A DNA stretch of 36,284 bases from Patescibacteria group bacterium UBA6102 (GTDB taxonomy: Bacteria; Patescibacteriota; Minisyncoccia; Minisyncoccales; UBA5738). Positions 32,001 through 36,284 of the stretch are shown piece after piece. The notes under the pieces were generated by a model. That model did no database searches. It was not told where the DNA came from and saw only the letters and a program-made list of their open reading frames with translations. The stretch is from contig DIWQ01000001.1 in the NCBI GenBank assembly GCA_002423555.1, forward strand, positions 3,212 to 39,495, read 5' to 3'. Made by a program: the position numbers and the translations under genes. The first letter of the stretch is position 1. Each line of letters starts with the position of its first letter.

Positions 32001-32040
32001 AGTTGCATAGGTGACACCTATGCAACTTTTCTTGTTTTTG
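32001..32040 (+). terminator. Intrinsic terminator after the cysteine-synthase pair
   Basis: An 11-bp stem AGTTGCATAGG/CCTATGCAACT with a 5-nt loop is followed by TTTTCTTGTTTTT. Confidence 0.7.
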
Positions 32041-32046
32041 CAAGCC

Positions 32047-32071
32047 AAAACCCCCGCGGTGCGGGGGTTTT
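32047..32071. terminator. Bidirectional terminator (serves the minus-strand gene at 32088-32774)
   Basis: AAAA is followed by the CCCCCGC/GCGGGGG stem and then TTTT. Confidence 0.55.
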
Positions 32072-32087
32072 GGGAATAATTTTTAAA

Positions 32088-32774
32088 TTATTTTTCGGAG
32101 AGTTTGTCGCGCAATCCGCGAATGGCTTCCGCGGCGGCATCTTTGCCGCCCAAGCCGAATGCCAAACCGAATGCCAGCGCAAACATTCCCACAAATCCGG
32201 TGATCACGGTGCTGATAATGGTTTCTGCCACGCCCAATTGGAGCAGGATTGCCATCACCGCGAAAGTGTAGATCGCCGTGCGAACAATCGCTCCCAAAAG
32301 GTTGCTGTATTTGATCTCCAATCTTTTCACCGATGCTCTGATGACCTTCTCCAGAATGTCGGCCACGATGATTGATACCACGAAAATTGCCGCGGCCACA
32401 ATCACATTGGGCAACCACTCAAGCACGCGGGTCAAGAACACCGCAAATGCGCTCAATCCCAAAATTTCCACGAAGATCTGCAAGAACACGATCACCAAAA
32501 TCCATTTTAAAATCGCACCCAAAAATTCGGAAGGATGCACTCTGATTTCGGCGTTTTCCAGAGCGGCCTTCCAACCGCTTTTTGAAAACAGCGAATCAAA
32601 ATTGATCTTCTTGAGAATGTTGGCGGTGATCTTGCCCATTCCGGAAGCGATAATCCAGCCGATGCCGAAAACGATCAAACCGATTGCCAATTTGGGCAAA
32701 AACAACAGCGCGCCTTCCCAGACATTTTGCAGGGCCTGCAGAGTGATTGCCGACCACTCATTGGTGATTGTCAT
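32088..32774 (-). CDS. Membrane protein with repeated conserved TM-helix units (CmpX/mechanosensitive-channel N-terminal-like)
   Basis: The 228-aa product has four or five TM segments. Its LPKLAIGLIVFGIGWIIASGMGKI-type helices are followed by amphipathic linkers. The family assignment is tentative. Confidence 0.45.
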   Translation of the reverse strand: MTITNEWSAITLQALQNVWEGALLFLPKLAIGLIVFGIGWIIASGMGKITANILKKINFDSLFSKSGWKAALENAEIRVHPSEFLGAILKWILVIVFLQIFVEILGLSAFAVFLTRVLEWLPNVIVAAAIFVVSIIVADILEKVIRASVKRLEIKYSNLLGAIVRTAIYTFAVMAILLQLGVAETIISTVITGFVGMFALAFGLAFGLGGKDAAAEAIRGLRDKLSEK

Positions 32775-32912
32775 ATTTTTTTGTTTTAAACTTATTTTTT
32801 AACATTATACCTCGCGCCCGACTGCGACGCAACGCCGGACCCGGAAAAGGCCCGGTTTTATGCCTATATTATAATATAGATATTTATTGTTTGTCAAGGC
32901 TGACGGAAATTT

Positions 32913-33389
32913 TTACCATGATTTGCCGCCGATAAAATAGACGCAAATATCATCGCTGATGGGAGAACGATTATGGGACGATATTGATCCGTTGGGGCCT
33001 CCGGAACATACCGAGGTGTTCCATATTCCCGCTTCACAAGACGTCGCACAGCTTGAACAAGGTTCGGGACAACCGTCGTAATAATAAGCATGTCCCCAAG
33101 GATCATCCCCGATTCCGGGAAGATAATCGGCCAGATAAGTTCTAAAATTCGCCGCGGTATTTATGTTTGACGGAACGGGATATTTTCCGGTTCTCGCCTC
33201 CATCATCATAATTGCCCGATATATCGTGCTGACTTCGGAACGGGCTTTGGCAATCCTTGCGCTTTCCCTCATACCTTGCGTGGCCACCAAAACCATTCCT
33301 GACAGCGTGCCGATAATCGCGACCACTACCAACAATTCAATTAATGTAAATCCCCCGCAATCACTTTTGTTTTTTTTGATGATTGTCAT
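32913..33389 (-). CDS. Type IV pilin / type II secretion pseudopilin (GspG-like) with a Cys-rich C-terminus
   Basis: A class III signal is present (KSDCGG|FTLIELLVVVAIIG, a prepilin cleavage/methylation motif). A DPWGHAYYYDG block resembles GspG-like pseudopilins. Confidence 0.8.
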   Translation of the reverse strand: MTIIKKNKSDCGGFTLIELLVVVAIIGTLSGMVLVATQGMRESARIAKARSEVSTIYRAIMMMEARTGKYPVPSNINTAANFRTYLADYLPGIGDDPWGHAYYYDGCPEPCSSCATSCEAGIWNTSVCSGGPNGSISSHNRSPISDDICVYFIGGKSW

Positions 33390-33503
33390 TATTCCCCAAA
33401 ACTAAGACTCCAAAAGACGGTAAAGTAACCTTTCCGATAATCGGCAAGTATTTTATTCAACTGTCAAATGGATTACCCCCTGTCTCTCGTCTGATGATTT
33501 CAG

Positions 33504-33576
33504 TGGACCTTGGCGGATTCGAACCGCCGACCTCCTCATTGCAAATGAGGCGCTCTGCCGGCTGAGCTAAAGGCCC
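33504..33576 (-). tRNA. tRNA-Ala (UGC), no encoded CCA
   Basis: The cloverleaf gives acceptor GGGCCUU/AAGGUCC with G3:U70. The anticodon stem is CCUCA/UGAGG with loop UUUGCAA. The T arm is GGCGG-UUCGAAU-CCGCC. The total is 73 nt. Confidence 0.9.
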
Positions 33577-33683
33577 GAAAATAGCGATGAAACGAGCGAT
33601 GAATCAATAGAAACGCAAACACAACTATACAATAACAAAAAGGCATTAATTTACAAGAAAACCGCTCTTTGGCGGTTTCCTTT

Positions 33684-33850
33684 TGGTGGACGCGGAAAGA
33701 ACTCTCCTGCGACACTATGTTTCGGAGGGCGCGGTCGGACCTTCGGCTTGCCCGCCGTAGCCTTCTATCTCTCCATAGCTTAGCGAAGGAGGGAGTAAAG
33801 GCAGGTCTCTGTCTTTCGCTTTGCGGAAATAATTTTACAACACGATAGAA
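33684..33850 (-). other. Degenerate tRNA-Ile-related element ending in ...UUUCCGCGUCCACCA followed by a terminator
   Basis: It shares the blocks AAGACAGAG, GCCGAAGGUCCGA and CCGCG(U/C)CCACCA with the tRNA-Ile gene upstream on the same (minus) strand (33860-33934). It lacks a 5' acceptor strand, D arm, anticodon arm and a proper T arm. It is followed by the hairpin AAACCGC-n6-GCGGTTT. Confidence 0.4.
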
Positions 33851-33859
33851 TCATTTTTT

Positions 33860-33934
33860 TGGTGGGCGCGGAAGGAATCGGACCTTCGGCCTCTGTCTTA
33901 TCAGGACAGCGTTATACCACTTAACTACGCGCCC
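33860..33934 (-). tRNA. tRNA-Ile (GAU), CCA encoded, non-canonical T-loop
   Basis: The acceptor is GGGCGCG/CGCGCCC and the D stem is GUUA/UAAC with a GG loop. The anticodon stem is CUGUC/GACAG with loop CUGAUAA. The T arm is GAAGG-UCCGAUU-CCUUC, which has C instead of U at position 55. The total is 75 nt. Confidence 0.75.
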
Positions 33935-33954
33935 ACAAACATATTGTTTATACC

Positions 33955-34548
33955 CTATTTCCTCTTCTTTTTCAAGGCGGGCTTATTGGCGCTCTTGGGT
34001 TTTATCGCTTTCGCTTTCGGTTTGGGTCGTAGCGCGGAGAAGTTGCCGATGGCCATTTGGGGATTTAGTTTTTTGAAGGCGGCGGGCGTGATAATTATTG
34101 ATGCTTCATAGCTTCCCGCCGAGATAATGATTTTTGGCGATTCCAGCAGTTTTTTATCGCAAAAAACTTTCATTTTCCACAGATTCTCAAAGGGTGAAAT
34201 CGCGCCCGGATCAATACCTTTAAAATTTTCGGCAATTGTCTTTTCTTTGGCAAAGGCGATTTTCTCGTTTTTTGCGAGTTTTTGCAGTTTTTTAATATCC
34301 AGATTCTTGTCGCCGCCAATTACCGCTAACGCCAATTCTTTGCCGATTTTAAGCGTTAAAACTTTTACCACTGCGCCAAGCTTTACTCTTAAAGTCGCCG
34401 CCTTGTCAAAGGCGGTGTAGACCGTGCGATGCCCGATCGGTTCGTATTTTGCGCCAACCTTCGCCAAAACCCCCGCCACCTTTTTCGGAATTTTTATTTC
34501 TTTTCCTGTTCCTGTTTTTGCATTGGCTTTTGATTTTATCTTTGTCAT
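33955..34548 (-). CDS. YbaK/ProX-like aminoacyl-tRNA trans-editing domain protein with Lys-rich N- and C-terminal tails
   Basis: The core VKVLTLKIGKELALAVIGGDKNLDIKKL...GIDPGAISPF...IIISAGSYEASIIITP resembles YbaK-family deacylases (conserved Lys, G-x-(I/V)-S-P loop). The tails are MTKIKSKANAKTGTGKEIKIPKK and RPKPKAKAIKPKSANKPALKKKRK. Confidence 0.65.
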   Translation of the reverse strand: MTKIKSKANAKTGTGKEIKIPKKVAGVLAKVGAKYEPIGHRTVYTAFDKAATLRVKLGAVVKVLTLKIGKELALAVIGGDKNLDIKKLQKLAKNEKIAFAKEKTIAENFKGIDPGAISPFENLWKMKVFCDKKLLESPKIIISAGSYEASIIITPAAFKKLNPQMAIGNFSALRPKPKAKAIKPKSANKPALKKKRK

Positions 34549-34551
34549 TTT

Positions 34552-34770
34552 TTAAGAATTGCGAAATTTACTTTCAGACAATTGTGACTGGCGCATTATT
34601 GAACGAAAAGTTCCGTAAAGAATTTCCTTGCCGTGAATCGGCACGATTGCCGTTAAATTCGGCGCACCGCTTTTGCGATATTTGGCGTGACTGCCGTTTT
34701 GAGAAGCAAAAACGAAACCATTTTTCTCCAAAGTTTTGATAACCAATTTTGTTTGTATCGGATTAGGCAT
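34552..34770 (-). CDS. hicA: HicA-family toxin (mRNA interferase)
   Basis: The 72-aa product reads KLVIKTLEKNGFVFASQNGSHAKYRK...IVPIHGKEILYGTFRSIMRQSQL, which fits the HicA pattern (G-S-H ... H-x-x-K-x-I-x-x-G-T). Confidence 0.8.
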   Translation of the reverse strand: MPNPIQTKLVIKTLEKNGFVFASQNGSHAKYRKSGAPNLTAIVPIHGKEILYGTFRSIMRQSQLSESKFRNS

Positions 34771-34981
34771 TGGTCAAAGTAAGCGAGAAAACATCCGGCC
34801 GTTCCACTTTATTGATTTGGGAAATATCTTGATCTTCAAAATACAATTCCAGCGCTTCCTTCAAATTTTCCATCGCCTTCTTTTTGGTGGCGCCGAAACT
34901 GGCCACGTCAACATTGAGGCATTGCGAAACATATTGTTTGCCTTCTTTCCAAACCGCGGCCTTTAAATTGACCCTTTTCAT
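34763..34981 (-). CDS. hicB: HicB-like antitoxin (UPF0150-type, no obvious DNA-binding domain)
   Basis: MKRVNLKAAVWKEGKQYVSQCLNVDVASFGATKKKAMENLKEALELYFED is typical of the HicB N-terminal fold. It overlaps hicA by 8 nt. I use the ATG at 34981, because the track start at 35008 is a TTG inside a palindrome. Confidence 0.65.
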   Translation of the reverse strand: MKRVNLKAAVWKEGKQYVSQCLNVDVASFGATKKKAMENLKEALELYFEDQDISQINKVERPDVFSLTLTNA

Positions 34982-34993
34982 TGTTTTAATTTT

Positions 34994-35027
34994 AGCCCTA
35001 CCGCGCAAATATTTGCGCGGTAGGGCT
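34994..35027. repeat. Perfect 34-nt palindrome (AGCCCTACCGCGCAAAT/ATTTGCGCGGTAGGGCT)
   Basis: This was read directly from the sequence. It is followed by TTTT on the plus strand and lies 13 nt upstream of the hicB ATG on the minus strand. Confidence 0.8.
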
Positions 35028-35166
35028 TTTATAATTGAATTTTAACCTATGGCTCCATCCTACCAAAATTCTCCTTCCCGTCAATTGTTGCCATTGTTTG
35101 CTTCTATTATTGCCGGCGCGGCTATCCTTGCGCCAAGCGTGATTATTTGCTAGATATTAACTATTC

Positions 35167-35238
35167 GGGGGTGTGGTGAAATTGGCATCACAAAGGTCTC
35201 CAAAACCTTCGTTTCAGGTTCAAGTCCTGGCACCCCCG
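35167..35238 (+). tRNA. tRNA-Trp (CCA anticodon), no encoded CCA end
   Basis: The acceptor is GGGGGUG/CACCCCC. The anticodon stem is AAGGU/ACCUU with loop CUCCAAA. The T arm is UCAGG-UUCAAGU-CCUGG, followed by G73. The total is 72 nt. Confidence 0.9.
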
Positions 35239-35340
35239 CTTTCGGTACGGCGTAGCAAGCCCGCCGTTAGTATGTTAAATCTTGGGATTTTTGTCTTCTG
35301 AATCTTGCGTATGCAAAAATTAGAAGACAAATTAAAATCC

Positions 35341-35365
35341 AAAAAATCCGCGAATGCGGATTTTT
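35341..35365. terminator. Bidirectional intrinsic terminator downstream of rpmG
   Basis: An A6 run is followed by the ATCCGC-GAAT-GCGGAT hairpin and a T5 run. Confidence 0.6.
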
Positions 35366-35388
35366 GATTAAATCTTCGTTGTTTTGAT

Positions 35389-35550
35389 TCACTTCTTAGC
35401 TTCCTTGTGCTTGGTGTGCTTTCTGCAAGTGTTACAAAACTTTGACAATTCCAGCTTGCCTTCCATCGTTTTGGATTTGTGGCTGCGGTAATTGATCTCT
35501 TTGCAAACCGGGCATGTCATTTTTACGAAAGGTTTCTTTTTTGTGGCCAT
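35389..35550 (-). CDS. rpmG: 50S ribosomal protein L33 (53 aa; below the ORF-track cutoff)
   Basis: A manual translation gives MATKKKPFVKMTCPVCKEINYRSHKSKTMEGKLELSKFCNTCRKHTKHKEAKK*. It has the two CxxC pairs and the K-H-T-x-H-K-E ending typical of L33. Confidence 0.9.
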   Translation of the reverse strand: MATKKKPFVKMTCPVCKEINYRSHKSKTMEGKLELSKFCNTCRKHTKHKEAKK

Positions 35551-35685
35551 GTTTCAAATTAAAAATGTAAATATCAAAAATCAAAACGACAATGTAAAAT
35601 TTAAAATGGAACAATTTTAAAATTTGTTAGTTTTTAATTTTAAATGTCATTTTCAATTTTGATTTTTCAATTTTAAATTTTTATG

Positions 35686-35757
35686 AGCCCGAGAGAGGAG
35701 TTGAACCTCCGACCTACTCCTTACCATGGAGTTGCTCTGCCTCTGAGCTACCCGGGC
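35686..35757 (-). tRNA. tRNA-Thr (GGU)
   Basis: The acceptor is GCCCGGG/CUCGGGC with one G:U pair. The anticodon stem is ACUCC/GGAGU with loop AUGGUAA. The T arm is GGAGG-UUCAACU-CCUCU. The total is 72 nt. Confidence 0.9.
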
Positions 35758-35889
35758 GATAAATTTTCACAAAGCGAAAATTTAGTAAATAGTTAATAGC
35801 TGATAGCAAATCAAAATTCAAATTTAGCATTCACTATAAACTATTAACGATAAACGATAAACTATTTTTTTGCGTAAACGCAAAAAATG

Positions 35890-35971
35890 TGGGCTGGGAG
35901 GGATTTGCACCCCCGAAGGCAGAGCCACCGCGTTTACAGCGCGGCCCCTTTGGCTACTTGGGTACCAACCC
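35890..35971 (-). tRNA. tRNA-Tyr (GUA), class II (long variable arm), non-canonical T-loop
   Basis: The acceptor is GGGUUGG/CCAGCCC. The anticodon stem is CCGCG/CGCGG with loop CUGUAAA, and the variable arm is 13 nt. The T arm is GGGGG-UGCAAAU-CCCUC, which has G instead of U at position 55. The total is 82 nt. Confidence 0.8.
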
Positions 35972-36284
35972 ATTAAAATGTCAAAAATCAAATTCAAATA
36001 TCAAAATCCAAATACTGCGGCGCGCAAACAAAGCCATTATACTTGTTTTTGGCAAAAAAACAAGCCATCGCCTAAAATTTCCTGACAAAATTTGCGACCG
36101 CAAAAAATGTAAGGAAATTTTCTTGATGCGCTTCTATAAAAAAATAAATTTTGTCAAATTTAAAACACCCTTGCGGGTGCTTTGATTTCCACTTTGAGCC
36201 AAACAATTTCTTGAAGTCGCCTTGGACTTTCGAAAACCGGTTTATTAAAGACGAACCGATAAGCGTCTTGAAGTTAAGAGAAGA

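Noticed and set aside
33684-33934. I tested the tRNA-Ile plus downstream element as a compact tmRNA (G3:U70, terminal ACCA).
   Set aside because: The 5' part folds as a complete tRNA-Ile with its own perfect acceptor stem and CCA. The downstream part has no canonical T arm, no pseudoknot pattern and no plausible tag reading frame.
1-36284. I looked for a CRISPR array, rRNA genes, an integrase, a transposase, a reverse transcriptase or a retron.
   Set aside because: I saw no regularly spaced direct repeats with unique spacers and no rRNA-like conserved blocks. No ORF carries recombinase, DDE or RT motifs. The repeats found are 2-3-copy dispersed intergenic elements.
1-36284. I considered an alternative genetic code, since UGA recoding occurs in some candidate phyla.
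   Set aside because: Long ORFs are intact under the standard code. Recognisable genes end at TGA where expected; for example, rpmG ends ...AAG AAG TGA at its normal length.
36072-36284. There is an open minus-strand frame running off the right edge (...KTLIGSSLINRFSKVQGDFKKLFGSKWKSK...).
   Set aside because: It reads straight through a terminator-like hairpin (CACCC-TTGC-GGGTG at 36169-36183). Its composition is unconvincing and it has no motif. The other frames stop within 40 nt of the edge. I do not call it.

Overview
This is a gene-dense, AT-rich fragment read with the standard genetic code, and most genes lie on the minus strand. It looks like a reduced-genome bacterium, possibly Patescibacteria/CPR-like. 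That placement is an inference from an archaeal-type ProRS, a short DnaX, a free-standing YbaK-like editing protein, a type IV pilin-like protein and many orphan ORFs. From left to right the window holds the following.

- **0.3-3.6 kb:** an overlapping-stop/start operon of two tandem M14 peptidase paralogues and a beta-CASP RNase.
- **3.8-4.3 kb:** an Imm-family membrane protein and a cold-shock gene remnant.
- **4.3-8.0 kb:** three glycosyltransferase genes, two of them tandem paralogues.
- **8.2-15.9 kb:** two thiol-redox membrane operons that each end in the same 62-nt repeat. Between them lie a 5'-truncated liv ABC-transporter remnant and proS, with two orphan genes upstream of proS.
- **About 16.0-27.4 kb:** an accessory/defence island. 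It contains a RhuM fragment, small orphan ORFs and an AT-rich 511-aa orphan with a PD-(D/E)xK-like motif. It also contains a tightly coupled four-gene operon of SNF2 helicase, an orphan of about 160 aa, a beta-class DNA methyltransferase and a Type III Res-like helicase-nuclease. A roughly 290-nt structured, terminated transcript candidate sits just upstream of that operon.
- **27.7-36.3 kb:** tRNA-Gln, dnaX, a GtrA-like protein, two tandem cysteine-synthase-family paralogues behind a leader/terminator, a TM-helix-repeat protein and a Cys-rich pilin. These are followed by tRNA-Ala, tRNA-Ile plus a degenerate tRNA-like 3' copy, hicBA-ybaK, tRNA-Trp, rpmG, tRNA-Thr and tRNA-Tyr.

The best candidate for an undescribed system is the SNF2/orphan/Mod/Res operon, a Type III R-M core with DISARM-like additions, together with the neighbouring 511-aa nuclease-like orphan. 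Three small intergenic repeat families were also seen. No CRISPR array, integrase, transposase or rRNA gene was found.
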